Part shown: positions 28,849 to 39,300 of the stretch, piece by piece
How the letters are laid out: each line of letters starts with the position of its first letter
Numbering within the stretch: the first letter of the stretch is position 1
Assembly: GCA_963733295.1 (NCBI GenBank)
Contig: CAVTCS010000003.1
Span: 2,908,113 to 2,972,112, forward strand
Direction of reading: 5' to 3'
DNA length: 64,000 nucleotides
DNA from: Vulcanimicrobiota bacterium
GTDB lineage: Bacteria > Vulcanimicrobiota > Vulcanimicrobiia > Vulcanimicrobiales > Vulcanimicrobiaceae
Program-made: the position numbers and the translations under genes
The notes under the pieces: model-generated
Database searches by the model: none
What the model was told of the DNA's origin: nothing
The model's input: only the letters and a program-made list of their open reading frames with translations

Positions 28849-31035
28849 GTGAGCGTGAAAGTGTTCCGTTCGGCCCCAGCGGTCGCGCTGGCGCTGTTTG
28901 CTGCCGGTGCAATCGTCCTGCCCGCGCTGGCCGCTTTGCCGCCCGCGCCGGTCGCCAAACAAGTCCCGGTCACGGATGACTATTTCGGAACGAAGGTCGT
29001 CGATCCGTACCGCTGGATGGAGCAGCCGAACAATCCGGATCTCGCCGCCTACTTGAAAGCCCAGAACGATCGCACGCGCGCGATTCTGGACTCGATCCCG
29101 GGCCGCAAGGCTCTTTTGGCTCGCCTCACCGCGCTCGTCGACACGGTGACGTCCTCGTCGGGCGTCATACGCAAGAACGGCGCCTATTTCTTCGAACGGA
29201 TCACCCCCGACTCGAACTTAGAAAAGTTGTACGTTCAGGAACCCGGAAAGGCGCCGCGCGTCGCGTTCGATCCCACGACGCTCGGATCCGGCGAGCACCA
29301 CTACGCGATGTCGTACTTCATCCCGTCGGACGATGCGAAGCGGGTTGCGGTCGGCCTGGTTCCCGACGGCAACGAGCCGGCGACGGTCGCACGCGTGCTC
29401 GACGTCGCGAGCGGTCAGCTCGGCGATACGCTGCATGGCGCTGACTTCGGCGCGACGTCGTGGAGCGCGGACGGCAAGACGCTGTACTACCTGCGTTTTC
29501 AAGATCTCCCGCAGGGCGCGCCGCCGACCGCGCTTTACCAAAACATCCGGACGTACGCTCATTCCCTCGGCACTCCGCAGAGCGCCGATCGCGCGGTCTT
29601 TGGAGTGGGCACGACGCCGGGAATCGCGATCGACCCCAACGAGGCTGCGATTGGTGCTGTCGACGCCGGCTCCGCCTGGGCCTTCGGCATCCTACGAAGC
29701 GGCGTGAGAAACGAAATACGGGTCTACATCGCGCCGAAGAGTACGTTCGGCACCGCTGCCGTGCACTGGACGCCCGTTTGCGACTACGCGGACGGCGTCA
29801 CCAACTTCGACATTCACGGTGACACAATCTACCTGCTGAGCAACAAGAACGCGCCGCGCTTCAAAGTCCTCAAGACGACTGCCCTGCATCCCGACGTGGC
29901 GACGGCCTCGGTCGTCATCGCTCCAGGCAGCCGCGTCATCGACACCATCGGAACGGCCAAAGACGCGCTGTACGTGACCTCGCGCGAAAACGGAAACGGC
30001 AGGATGTCGAAGGTCGACTATACGAGCGGCGCGGTGAGCGAGATACCGTTGCCGGTCGACGGAACGATCAGCGACTTCTCGACCGAGGTTCTGCTGCCCG
30101 GGTTCGTCGAGAAGCTCGAAGGCTGGACCGTGTCTCCTCAATGGTATTCGTACGATCCGGCGACCAACGTGCTCTCCAACACGCACCTCGACGCGCCTTC
30201 ACCCGTCGACTACTCCGCCATCACGTCGGACGAAGTGCAGGTTCGCGCGCGCGACGGCGTGATGGTGCCGCTCTCGATCGTTCATCGCAAAGACCTCAAG
30301 CTCGACGGTTCCAATCCGACGCTGCTCTACGCGTACGGTTCGTACGGGTTGAGCTCGCAGCCGTATTTCTCAGCGGGCCGCATCGCGTGGCTCGAACGGG
30401 GCGGCGTTTACGCGGTCGCGCACGTTCGCGGCGGAGGCGAGAACGGCGAGGAGTGGCATCTCGCCGGCAAAGGCGCAAACAAGATCAACACGATCAACGA
30501 CTTCATCGACTGCGCGAAGTGGCTGATCGAGCACAAGTACACTTCGCCGGCAAAGCTCGGTGCGCGGGGCGGAAGCGCCGGCGGCATCACGATGGGCGGT
30601 GCGATCACGCAGGCGCCCGAACTCTTCGCCGCGGTACTCGATGAGATTCCGGTCTCCGATCAGCTCCGCATCGAATTCACCGCAAACGGGCCGCCGAACA
30701 TCCCGGAATTCGGTTCGGTCAAAACCGAAGCTGGATTCAAGGCTCTGTACGCGACGAGTGCGGTGCAACACGTCGTTCCCGGCGGAAAGTATCCGGCCGT
30801 CATGCTGACGACCGGCGCCAACGACCCGCGCGTCGATCCGTGGCAGGCAGCGAAGATGACTGCGACGCTGCAGGCCGATAGCACCAGCGGACATCCCATC
30901 CTGCTGCGCGTCGACTACAGCGGCGGACACGGACTGATCGGCGCAACGAAATCCGAAGGCGTGGAGCTGGGTGCCGACGAGTACAGCTTCCTTCTGTGGA
31001 ACATGGGCGTGCCGAGCTTCCAACCGGCGCTCTAG
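28849..31035 (+). CDS. Exported prolyl oligopeptidase (S9A)
   Basis: Signal peptide; DPYRWME, VRGGGENGEEWH, nucleophile GGSAGG, NDPRV Asp and GGHG His. Confidence 0.93.
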   Translation: MSVKVFRSAPAVALALFAAGAIVLPALAALPPAPVAKQVPVTDDYFGTKVVDPYRWMEQPNNPDLAAYLKAQNDRTRAILDSIPGRKALLARLTALVDTVTSSSGVIRKNGAYFFERITPDSNLEKLYVQEPGKAPRVAFDPTTLGSGEHHYAMSYFIPSDDAKRVAVGLVPDGNEPATVARVLDVASGQLGDTLHGADFGATSWSADGKTLYYLRFQDLPQGAPPTALYQNIRTYAHSLGTPQSADRAVFGVGTTPGIAIDPNEAAIGAVDAGSAWAFGILRSGVRNEIRVYIAPKSTFGTAAVHWTPVCDYADGVTNFDIHGDTIYLLSNKNAPRFKVLKTTALHPDVATASVVIAPGSRVIDTIGTAKDALYVTSRENGNGRMSKVDYTSGAVSEIPLPVDGTISDFSTEVLLPGFVEKLEGWTVSPQWYSYDPATNVLSNTHLDAPSPVDYSAITSDEVQVRARDGVMVPLSIVHRKDLKLDGSNPTLLYAYGSYGLSSQPYFSAGRIAWLERGGVYAVAHVRGGGENGEEWHLAGKGANKINTINDFIDCAKWLIEHKYTSPAKLGARGGSAGGITMGGAITQAPELFAAVLDEIPVSDQLRIEFTANGPPNIPEFGSVKTEAGFKALYATSAVQHVVPGGKYPAVMLTTGANDPRVDPWQAAKMTATLQADSTSGHPILLRVDYSGGHGLIGATKSEGVELGADEYSFLLWNMGVPSFQPAL

Positions 31036-31044
31036 CCACGCAGA

Positions 31045-32460
31045 TCACCGCTCGAGGGCGGCCTGGAGCGGTGGACGAGACTTGCGGAGTAGGATGGCGA
31101 GTACGACCGCAAAAACGACGATGAGGCCGTAGCGCAACCCCACTACGATCGGCGACGGTGGAACGTACGAGGTCAACATCGCCTTCGCAATCGGCCACGT
31201 TACGAAGAAGACCAGAACGGGCGGTTCCGAAAGGATCGCGTACGGCGCTCCCCACGCGAGATACCACGGGAACGCGAAATGGCCGAACGCGAGAAACGAC
31301 CACGAAGCTCCCGCAAAGTATCGCCGCAGCGTAAGGGCGAACGCAACGGCGAAGAGAGCCACGGCCACGACGAGGATTTGCAGAACGCGCATTTCTATCG
31401 GGATGGCTCCGCCGTAGATGAGATACCCTTGCCGCAGAGCCCACTCGTAGTCGGGCCCGACGAGTACGAACGACAAGACCAGGGCCAATGCCGCCGACCC
31501 CGCAGCCGGAATCGCGCGGCGCATGAGGGTCGGTTCCGCTGCGAACGCCAGCATGGCGCCCACGATGAAAGGAAGCTTGATGAGCCCCGCGGCGGCCGCC
31601 AGTGGGACCGCGAGCCAAAGACGTTTGCGGCAGGCTGCTGCAGCGAGCACGAACGCGACGCCGGTCAGATCGTTGTGACCGTCGACGACGTAGAAATCGT
31701 AAACGACGGGGTTCAAGATCAAGAGCGCCGGAAGCAGCAGCGTTCGTTTCAGCGAGACGAGCGCGCCCGCACAAGTAACTAGAGCCAGGATTTGTACCCA
31801 GCGGAGCGCCATCAGCTGCGCGAGCAGCGAGTGCGCGCCCGAAATCGCGAGCTTCGAGAGCGCGATCCAAAGCGGTCCGTAGGGACTCGGGTGGATCGGC
31901 ACGCCCCACATCTGACTCACGGCCGCATCGATTCCGGAGAGTGGAACAGCGTCCGGGTGATACGCCGACGGTCCGGCCAACGCGAGACCGATGTAAAGAT
32001 AGAGATCGTCTCCCGACATCGTCTGCGCGCGCAGTCCGATCGCCGATAGCACGACCGCGCCGGCAAACACGATTACGCACAGGCCGGGAGGAAGTCCGGG
32101 TATGTGTCGCAGCGCGAAATAGAAGCCTGCTAGCACCGCGCATTGCAGGATGGCGATCGCATCCAGCAAGGTCAGCAGCGACGGGTTCCAAGCAATGTGA
32201 TAGGGTGGAAATTGAAGCACGTACGCCAGCGGCAAGTCGGCGAACCAGGCCGGCACCGGCTGCGGATTCTGGTGCGCGCCCATGTATTCGAGAATGTACC
32301 GCTCGCTCGCGTAGAGGCCGCATGTCAGGACGCACAGCGCCGCGACAACGACGGTCGTGCGCGCAAGATCCGGTGCGCTCTTCGGCGCCTCGCCGCGCTG
32401 CGGACGGCGAAAGAACGACGCCGCTGACAGCAAGAGGATCAGGATGTAGGTGAGACCCAT
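31045..32460 (-). CDS. MptA/MptB-like polyprenol-phosphate-sugar glycosyltransferase (GT-C) candidate
   Basis: DDLYLYIG, PSPYGPLW, LNP, DGHNDL, IKLP and FPWY motifs; polytopic. Confidence 0.72.
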   Translation of the reverse strand: MGLTYILILLLSAASFFRRPQRGEAPKSAPDLARTTVVVAALCVLTCGLYASERYILEYMGAHQNPQPVPAWFADLPLAYVLQFPPYHIAWNPSLLTLLDAIAILQCAVLAGFYFALRHIPGLPPGLCVIVFAGAVVLSAIGLRAQTMSGDDLYLYIGLALAGPSAYHPDAVPLSGIDAAVSQMWGVPIHPSPYGPLWIALSKLAISGAHSLLAQLMALRWVQILALVTCAGALVSLKRTLLLPALLILNPVVYDFYVVDGHNDLTGVAFVLAAAACRKRLWLAVPLAAAAGLIKLPFIVGAMLAFAAEPTLMRRAIPAAGSAALALVLSFVLVGPDYEWALRQGYLIYGGAIPIEMRVLQILVVAVALFAVAFALTLRRYFAGASWSFLAFGHFAFPWYLAWGAPYAILSEPPVLVFFVTWPIAKAMLTSYVPPSPIVVGLRYGLIVVFAVVLAILLRKSRPPLQAALER

Positions 32461-32476
32461 CGTTCAAGGCAGCGGC

Positions 32477-33241
32477 CTAGAAGCCGATGCCGAGACCCAG
32501 CTGGAGGCTCATGATATCGACGTTCGTGGGTGCGTTGACGATCGCCGTTGCGTGGTCGCCCGCGATGCCGATCGTGACCAAGCCGCGGGCCTTTCCGATA
32601 TGGCCGAGCGTGTGCGCGTAACCGATCTCGTAACGCAGATACGAGTACTGCTCGCCCAAGTTGTCGACCGGGAACTCGTTCAAGACGTACGGATAGTAGT
32701 AGAGCCGGCCGAATACCGATTGCGTGCGCTGCGTATCGGGCGGTTTCTCGACGCCGATGCCGCCGCCGACCAGAACCGGTAGTCCGGCGAGATTCGGATG
32801 ATAGTAGATCGCGAGACCGACGTAGAGCGGCGTGCTCGGAATCGCGACGCCGCCGCGCTCCTCGAGGGTGTACTGGTGGTTGACGAACGCCGGAACGAAG
32901 TGCGAGCCGCCGCCGATGTTCGCGACCTCGCCCGCGTCGTGCTGATACGCGATGTCGTAATATTGCCATGCGAGCAGCAAGCGTTGACCGAGCACGGGAA
33001 ATGTCGCTCCAACCTGAACGCCGCCCGACAGCTGCTGCGAGAAGCCGTGTGCGAACTGGTCGTTGACGGTGCCGACCGGCAAAATGTTTCCGATGACAAA
33101 GACTTGCGCGGGCGCGGGTTTCTTTTTTTGGGTCGTATCTTTGTCGTCCGCGCGGGCCGGGTACTGGGCGGCGGCCAAGACGAGGGCGAGGACGGCGCAA
33201 AGCGTTCGTGCCGCCGCGGGCCAAGAGAGGAGCCGGGTCAC
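32477..33241 (-). CDS. Putative outer-membrane beta-barrel protein
   Basis: Signal peptide from GTG 33241; alternating-residue strands; C-terminal ...LQLGLGIGF Phe signature. Confidence 0.6.
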   Translation of the reverse strand: MTRLLSWPAAARTLCAVLALVLAAAQYPARADDKDTTQKKKPAPAQVFVIGNILPVGTVNDQFAHGFSQQLSGGVQVGATFPVLGQRLLLAWQYYDIAYQHDAGEVANIGGGSHFVPAFVNHQYTLEERGGVAIPSTPLYVGLAIYYHPNLAGLPVLVGGGIGVEKPPDTQRTQSVFGRLYYYPYVLNEFPVDNLGEQYSYLRYEIGYAHTLGHIGKARGLVTIGIAGDHATAIVNAPTNVDIMSLQLGLGIGF

Positions 33242-33305
33242 GGCAGCGCCTTTCGGGAGCCGTCCGCAGGTGCCTGTCCCGGGCGCGGGTATACTTCGGG
33301 CAGCC

Positions 33306-34949
33306 GTGAGCACCGCGAAGCCACCCGCTAAGCCCCTCGAAAAGTACGTCGCGAAGCGGAATTTTACGAAGACCCCCGAGCCTTCGGGTTCCGCCACGAA
33401 GACGAAGCCGGCGGCCGGAAAGCGCTTGCGCTTCGTCGTGCAGATGCATCGCGCGTCGCGCCTGCATTGGGATTTTCGATTGGAAGCGGACGGCGTCCTG
33501 AAGTCTTGGGCGATTCCCAAAGGACCCACGCTCGATTCAGGTGAGAAGCGTTTGGCGATGCACGTCGAGGACCATCCGCTCGACTATCGCGACTTCGAAG
33601 GCATCATTCCCAAAGGCAACTACGGTGCGGGCGAAGTGATCGTCTGGGATCGCGGCACGTACCGTTTGCTCGAAGGAACCGACACGACCGAGCAGATCGA
33701 AAAGGGTTCGCTCAAGTTCGAGTTGTTCGGCAAGAAGCTGCGCGGCGGGTTCGCGCTAGTCCACATCAAGAAAGCCCGCGACGGCGAAGAGAATGCGTGG
33801 CTGCTCATCAAAGAGCGCGACGATGCGAGCGATCCCGATTGGCGGGTCGAGGATCACGCCGAGTCGGCGAAATCGGGCCGCACCCTCGCCGACCTCGCGA
33901 AAGATCCGAAGGCGCCGCACTGGATCTCGAACCGCCCCGAGTCGGCTGCGAAGCCCCGCGAGAACGCGCGACCGGCGGTCGCGAAGCTGCCGGCCGACGT
34001 GCAGGCGATGCTCGCGACACCGGTCGACCAGCCGTTCGACGATCGCAACTGGCTCTTCGAGCTGAAATGGGACGGTTATCGCGCGCTCGCCACGATCGCG
34101 CGCGACGGAACGGTGACGCTCACGTCACGCAACGGCAACGATCTCACCGCGAAGTTTCCTGATCTGGCGAATCTGGCGGAAGCGTTTTCCGAACGGCCGC
34201 TCATCGTCGATGGTGAAGTTGCCGCACTCGATGCCGAGGGACGCCCGTCCTTTCAGCGCCTGCAAGAACGGCTCGATCGCTTCGGTCGCAGTCAGCCGGA
34301 AAAGTCGCCGGTCACGTTCGTGGTCTTCGATCTGCTCTACGGAAACGGACGCGACGTTCGCAAAGAACCGCTCGAAAAGCGCAAGGCGATGCTCGAAGCG
34401 ATGCTGACCGGAAAGGGTCCGGTCATCTTCAGCAAGCACGTGCTCGGCGACGGCAAGCAGCTTTTCGAACTCGCGCGCGAGCGCGGTCTCGAAGGCATCA
34501 TGGCCAAGCGCCGCGATTCCACCTATCAAGGGCGCCGCTCGCGCGATTGGCTGAAGATCAAGACCGGAAAGCGTCAGGAGTGCGTCATCGGCGGCTGGAC
34601 CGAAGGCCGCGGCAGCCGCAAACACTTCGGTGCGTTGCTCGTCGGCGTCTATGAGAAGGACGAGTTCGTCTACGTCGGATCGGTGGGTTCGGGCTTCGAC
34701 GCGAAAAAGCTCGCGTCGCTGTCCAAGCGCCTCGAGCCGCTCGAGCGAAAGACGTCGCCCTTTGCGAATCCGCCGAAGACCGACACCACGGCCCATTGGG
34801 TCAAGCCCGAACTCGTCGCCGAAGTCGCCTTTAACGAGTGGACGCGCGAGGGCCTGATGCGTCAGCCGGTCTTCGTCGCGCTGCGTGAAGACAAAGCGCC
34901 GCGCGACGTCGTGCGCGAGCTGACGAAGCATACGAAGGATGTCGCTTGA
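33306..34949 (+). CDS. ligD: NHEJ DNA ligase D: 3'-phosphoesterase plus ATP-dependent ligase domains, no polymerase domain
   Basis: KRNFTKTPEP, QMHRASRLHWDFRLE, VEDHPLDY; ligase ELKWDGYR, EGIMAKR, WLKIK. Confidence 0.94.
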   Translation: MSTAKPPAKPLEKYVAKRNFTKTPEPSGSATKTKPAAGKRLRFVVQMHRASRLHWDFRLEADGVLKSWAIPKGPTLDSGEKRLAMHVEDHPLDYRDFEGIIPKGNYGAGEVIVWDRGTYRLLEGTDTTEQIEKGSLKFELFGKKLRGGFALVHIKKARDGEENAWLLIKERDDASDPDWRVEDHAESAKSGRTLADLAKDPKAPHWISNRPESAAKPRENARPAVAKLPADVQAMLATPVDQPFDDRNWLFELKWDGYRALATIARDGTVTLTSRNGNDLTAKFPDLANLAEAFSERPLIVDGEVAALDAEGRPSFQRLQERLDRFGRSQPEKSPVTFVVFDLLYGNGRDVRKEPLEKRKAMLEAMLTGKGPVIFSKHVLGDGKQLFELARERGLEGIMAKRRDSTYQGRRSRDWLKIKTGKRQECVIGGWTEGRGSRKHFGALLVGVYEKDEFVYVGSVGSGFDAKKLASLSKRLEPLERKTSPFANPPKTDTTAHWVKPELVAEVAFNEWTREGLMRQPVFVALREDKAPRDVVRELTKHTKDVA

Positions 34950-35911
34950 AAACTGCCCAGCGCACGACGCGCAACGTGGACGTCGGTGGCCGCACGCTCG
35001 TGATTTCGAACGAAGCAAAAGTGCTGTGGCCCGAGGACGGTTACACGAAAGGCGACCTGATCGCGTACTATCGCGCGGTGGCGCGTTGGATCGTTCCGCA
35101 CCTCGAGGACCGGCCGCTCACCGTCGAGCGCTATCCCAACGGCATCCACGAAGGTTCGTTCTTCGAAAAAAACGCGCCGCGCGGTTTGCCTGACTGGATT
35201 CCGACGGTTGCCGTCGCGACCGAGAGCGGACGCCGCAGCGAAACGCACTTCCCGCTCTGCAACGACGAACCGGCGCTGGTTTATTTCGCGAACCTCGCCG
35301 CGATCGTGCTGCACGTGTGGACTTCGCGCGCCGGCTCGCTCGACGTGCCGGACTTCGTCTTCTTCGATCTTGACCCCGGTGAGGGATGTACGCTCGCGAC
35401 CCTGGCCAAGACCGCCCTCGGCCTTCGCTTGGCGCTGCAAGAGATCGGGCTCGCGCCGCTGATCAAGACCTCGGGCGGCTCGGGGCTTCACGTGCTGGTC
35501 CCGCTCGCCCCCAACTACACCTATGAGATCGCCAAGCAGTTTGCCGAGCTCGTCGCCCGCACGTTAAACGGCCGGATGCGCGAGCTGACGACCCTCGAGC
35601 GGATGCCCGCGAAACGGCCCAAAGGGACCGTTTACCTGGACTACGTCCAAGTCGGTATGGGTAAGACTTTAGTCGTCCCCTACGGCGTGCGGGCCCGCGC
35701 GGCGGCCCCCGTCTCCTACCCGCTCGAATGGTCCGAAATCGAGGCCATGAGCCGCAAACGGGCCAAGGCCACGGAGGGTGAATTCGAGCGTTTTACAATC
35801 AAGAACGTCCCGGGATTGCTGGCGAAACACGGAGACCTCTGGGCCGGTGCCGGGTGGAAAGAACAGCGTCTGGAACCTGCGCTGAGCAAGGCGCAGAAAG
35901 TCTGGCGCTAG
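34946..35911 (+). CDS. Stand-alone LigD-type primase-polymerase domain (PolDom)
   Basis: YTKGDLIAYY, RYPNG, FFEK, FDLDP, KTSGGSGLH, YLDY motifs. Confidence 0.92.
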   Translation: MKTAQRTTRNVDVGGRTLVISNEAKVLWPEDGYTKGDLIAYYRAVARWIVPHLEDRPLTVERYPNGIHEGSFFEKNAPRGLPDWIPTVAVATESGRRSETHFPLCNDEPALVYFANLAAIVLHVWTSRAGSLDVPDFVFFDLDPGEGCTLATLAKTALGLRLALQEIGLAPLIKTSGGSGLHVLVPLAPNYTYEIAKQFAELVARTLNGRMRELTTLERMPAKRPKGTVYLDYVQVGMGKTLVVPYGVRARAAAPVSYPLEWSEIEAMSRKRAKATEGEFERFTIKNVPGLLAKHGDLWAGAGWKEQRLEPALSKAQKVWR

Positions 35912-35935
35912 ACCGACAGACTGGGAGAATTTTTC

Positions 35936-36799
35936 GTGGCTCACGCGATATGGACCGGATCGATCAACTTCGGACTCGTGACGATTCCCGTCAAATTGCA
36001 GACGGCGATTCGAACCAACGACCTTCGCTTCAACTTCTTGCACAAGACTGACGACGGCCGCATCAACAACGTGCGGCGCTGTTCGATCGACGGTGAGGAC
36101 GTGCCGTACTCGGAGATCGTGCGCGGGTACGAATACGAGAAGGGTCAGTACGTGATCCTGACCGACGAAGATTTCGACCGGGTCAACCCCGAGGCGACGC
36201 AGTCGGTCGACATCGTACAGTTCGTCGACCTCTCCGAGATCAACCCGATGTTCTACGACAAGCCGTACTATCTCGAGCCCGACAAGCGCGGCCGCCACGC
36301 CTACGCGCTGTTGCGTGAAGCGCTCAAGGCCGAGAACAAAGTCGGCATCGCCAAAGTCGTGATTCGCTCGCGCGAGCACTTGGCCGCGCTCAAACCGAAC
36401 GGCGACGCACTCGTGCTCGAACTCATGCACTTCGAGGACGAAATCGTCGATCAGGCCAGCCTCGAACTGCCTTCCAACGAGAAGCCGATCGAAAACGAGA
36501 TGAAGGTCGCGAAAATGCTGATCGAAACGATGAGCGAGCCCTTCGACGCATCGAAATTCAAGGATACCTACCGCGAAGAAGTGCTCGCGATGATCGACGC
36601 GCGCGCCGCCGGTAAAGAGATTCCAAAGGCCAAAGGCAAGGCGCCGGCGCGCGACAACGTCGTCAACCTCATGGACGTCTTGCAAAAGAGCCTGGACGAG
36701 AGCAAACGCTCGCGCGGCGCCGGGCGCAACGGCCGCGGCACCGCCGACGCGGACGAGAAGCCGAAAAAGACGACGAAGCGGAAGTCCTCGGCCGCTTAG
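35936..36799 (+). CDS. ku: NHEJ DNA end-binding protein Ku
   Basis: IWTGSINFGLVTIPVKL, IVRGYEY, PYYLEP, VVNLMDVLQKSL, basic tail. Confidence 0.96.
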   Translation: MAHAIWTGSINFGLVTIPVKLQTAIRTNDLRFNFLHKTDDGRINNVRRCSIDGEDVPYSEIVRGYEYEKGQYVILTDEDFDRVNPEATQSVDIVQFVDLSEINPMFYDKPYYLEPDKRGRHAYALLREALKAENKVGIAKVVIRSREHLAALKPNGDALVLELMHFEDEIVDQASLELPSNEKPIENEMKVAKMLIETMSEPFDASKFKDTYREEVLAMIDARAAGKEIPKAKGKAPARDNVVNLMDVLQKSLDESKRSRGAGRNGRGTADADEKPKKTTKRKSSAA

Positions 36800-37974
36800 G
36801 CGGCGCGGCTCTCCGTCGACAAGCCGCCGCGGCGTTGGGCAATGAGGCCCAGCACGAGGGCGACGAAGCAGAAGAACGCCGAGATCGCGCCGGTCCAAGC
36901 CGTTCCGTAGAAGGTCAACACCGCGGTCGAGATCGTCGGCATGATCACTCCCGAGATGGCGTCGAGCGACGAACCGACACCTAGGATCGTGCCGCGTACG
37001 CGCTCGGGCGAAGCGTCGGTGATCAGCGCCGGCAGCGTCGCGTTCGTCATCGAGAGCGCGAACGCGAAAATCACCATCGTTAGGAAGAAGATCAGGGTCG
37101 TGTGGACGAGCGGCGCGATGAGGAAGAAGGCACAGGCTGAGAAGAAACCGATGTTCGAGGCACGCCGCACGCCGACGCGTGACGTCAAGCGGCCGACGAC
37201 GAACAGCTGAAAGACGATACTGAAGACGCCGAAAGCCGCGAAGAAATAACTCGTCTCCGAGGGACCGAAACCGAGCAGCACCTTGAGCAGCAGCGCGAAC
37301 GCGGCGAACCACGAGTACAGCCCGAGCGAGAAGGCGAGCTTCTGCACGAGGACCGGCGAGACGACCGGGTCGCCCAGGAAGCGCACGATGTCGCGAAATC
37401 CGGCGGTCTTCTCGCCTTCGGCTTTCTCGGCAACTTTCTCGGGCAGATAGCGGACCGTGACGATCAAGGTCACGACTTGCAGCAACGCTGCGATCAGGAA
37501 GGGCGTGCGGTATCCGAAGTGGCTGAGCAAGAGTCCGCCGGCCGCCGGACCGAGAACGAACCCCGCGCTGAAGGCTGCGCCTACGTACGCGAAAGCTTGC
37601 GAGCGCTGTTCGGGCTCGATGCGGTCGGCGACGTAGGCTTGCGTGACGCTGATGTTGCCGCCCGAGATGCCCTCGATGATGCGCGCAACGAAGACCCACA
37701 GAAGCGACGGCGCGAACGCGAGCAAGGCCCAGCCCAGCGTGGCGCCCACTTGGCTGACGATGAGCACCGACTTGCGCCCGATCCGGTCGCTGAGATTCCC
37801 CCACAGCGGTCCGGCGAAGAACTGGCACGCCGCGAACGTCGCAAACAAGATCCCGACCGTGATGAACGACGCGCCGAAATGTTGCACGTAGTACGGCAAA
37901 ATCGGAATGAGAATACTGAAGCCGAGAATGTCGATGAAGGTGATGCCGAGGATCGGAAAGAGAAGCGCGAACAT
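36796..37974 (-). CDS. MFS transporter, TetA/DHA1-like
   Basis: GNLSDRIGRKSVL motif A, ARIIEGISGG, GFVLGPAAGG motif C. Confidence 0.88.
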   Translation of the reverse strand: MFALLFPILGITFIDILGFSILIPILPYYVQHFGASFITVGILFATFAACQFFAGPLWGNLSDRIGRKSVLIVSQVGATLGWALLAFAPSLLWVFVARIIEGISGGNISVTQAYVADRIEPEQRSQAFAYVGAAFSAGFVLGPAAGGLLLSHFGYRTPFLIAALLQVVTLIVTVRYLPEKVAEKAEGEKTAGFRDIVRFLGDPVVSPVLVQKLAFSLGLYSWFAAFALLLKVLLGFGPSETSYFFAAFGVFSIVFQLFVVGRLTSRVGVRRASNIGFFSACAFFLIAPLVHTTLIFFLTMVIFAFALSMTNATLPALITDASPERVRGTILGVGSSLDAISGVIMPTISTAVLTFYGTAWTGAISAFFCFVALVLGLIAQRRGGLSTESRAA

Positions 37975-37978
37975 CGAG

Positions 37979-38824
37979 CTACGCGTCGAGCCCGAGCGCG
38001 CGGCGTATGACCGCGTCGCGTAGCGGTTCGGGCAATCGCGCGAGCACCAGCTGCAGGCGCGCGTCGCCGCCTACGACGTAGCGCGCCCGCGGCCGCGCTA
38101 CGAGCAGCGCTTTGTGAATCGTCGCCGCGACGCGCTCCGGCTCGATCGCCTTTTCGGCGTTGGCGAGGACGAAGGCGCGAAAGCGTTCGATGGCCCGCGC
38201 GTATGGCACGAGCGCGCCTGCGGGAAGCCGCGCGACCGTCGCCTCGGCGGCATCGATGCCGCGTTGCCAGAACCTCGTCTTGACGCCGCCCGGCTCGATC
38301 ACGACGACGCGGATGCCGAACGGTGCGAGCTCGACGCGCAACGCGTCGCTAGCCGCCTCGAGCGCAAACTTCGAGGCGGAATACGCGCCGCCGAACGGCG
38401 AGGCGAACTTGCCGCCGATCGAGGTCACGTTCACCAAGCGCCCGCGCGATTCGCGCAGCAGCGGCAGAAAAGCCTTCGTCACCGCCAGCGGTGCGATGCA
38501 GTTGATCTCCATCATCGTTCGAATGTCATCGAGTGGTAAGACCTCGAGCGGTCCGGCAATGCCGATGCCCGCGTTGTTGACGACACCGCGCAAGACGATC
38601 TCCGGTTCGGCCGCGACGGTCGCGCGAGCCCTCTCGATTCCGGCCGGATCGGTCACGTCGAAAATCAGCGGCCGCACGTTCCGGCCGGCCTCCTGCGCGA
38701 GCGCAGCGCCGTCTTCGGGCAGCCGCACGTTGGCGTAAACGATTATCCCGGCGCGTGCCAAGCGCAACGCCGTCGCCGCGCCGATGCCGCTCGAGCTGCC
38801 GGTGATGAGGACCGCGTCGCTCAC
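37979..38824 (-). CDS. Short-chain dehydrogenase/reductase
   Basis: TGSSSGIG, NNAG, YSASK. Confidence 0.92.
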   Translation of the reverse strand: MSDAVLITGSSSGIGAATALRLARAGIIVYANVRLPEDGAALAQEAGRNVRPLIFDVTDPAGIERARATVAAEPEIVLRGVVNNAGIGIAGPLEVLPLDDIRTMMEINCIAPLAVTKAFLPLLRESRGRLVNVTSIGGKFASPFGGAYSASKFALEAASDALRVELAPFGIRVVVIEPGGVKTRFWQRGIDAAEATVARLPAGALVPYARAIERFRAFVLANAEKAIEPERVAATIHKALLVARPRARYVVGGDARLQLVLARLPEPLRDAVIRRALGLDA

Positions 38825-39258
38825 TCTGAGGCCGAACGGCGCGGAAACATCACGGACGTAACGTCGGTCATCACCGGTTCGTCGTTTTGGTTGTAGGTCG
38901 TTACGCGCATACGCACGATCCCGGTCGGACGCGAAGCACTGGGCCGCTTCTCGAGTGCCTCCGTAACGACGCGCAGCGTGTCGCCGGGGTAGACGGGCTT
39001 CGTCCAGCGCAACTCGTCGACACCCATGCCGACTCCGCCGCCGCCGGCGTCGACCATCAGCCGCATCGTCCAGGCCGTCGTCTGCCAGCCGCTCGCAACG
39101 AGGCGGCCGAACGGCGTTTTCTTGGCAGCTTCCGGGTCGGTGTGAAAAGGTTGCGGGTCGTATTCGCGCGCGAAAGCGATGATCGACTCTTCGGTGACGG
39201 TCAGCGACCCGGACTTGTGAGTTTCGCCGATCTCGATATCTTCGAAGTACCGGTCCAT
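38821..39258 (-). CDS. MaoC-family dehydratase (hot-dog fold)
   Basis: YFED, FAREYDPQPFHTD, ASGWQT, LRWTKPVYPGDTL. Confidence 0.9.
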   Translation of the reverse strand: MDRYFEDIEIGETHKSGSLTVTEESIIAFAREYDPQPFHTDPEAAKKTPFGRLVASGWQTTAWTMRLMVDAGGGGVGMGVDELRWTKPVYPGDTLRVVTEALEKRPSASRPTGIVRMRVTTYNQNDEPVMTDVTSVMFPRRSASE

Positions 39259-39300
39259 GCCCGGCTCTTCAGGAAACGCGAAGCGAAGCCTCGCGTATCT

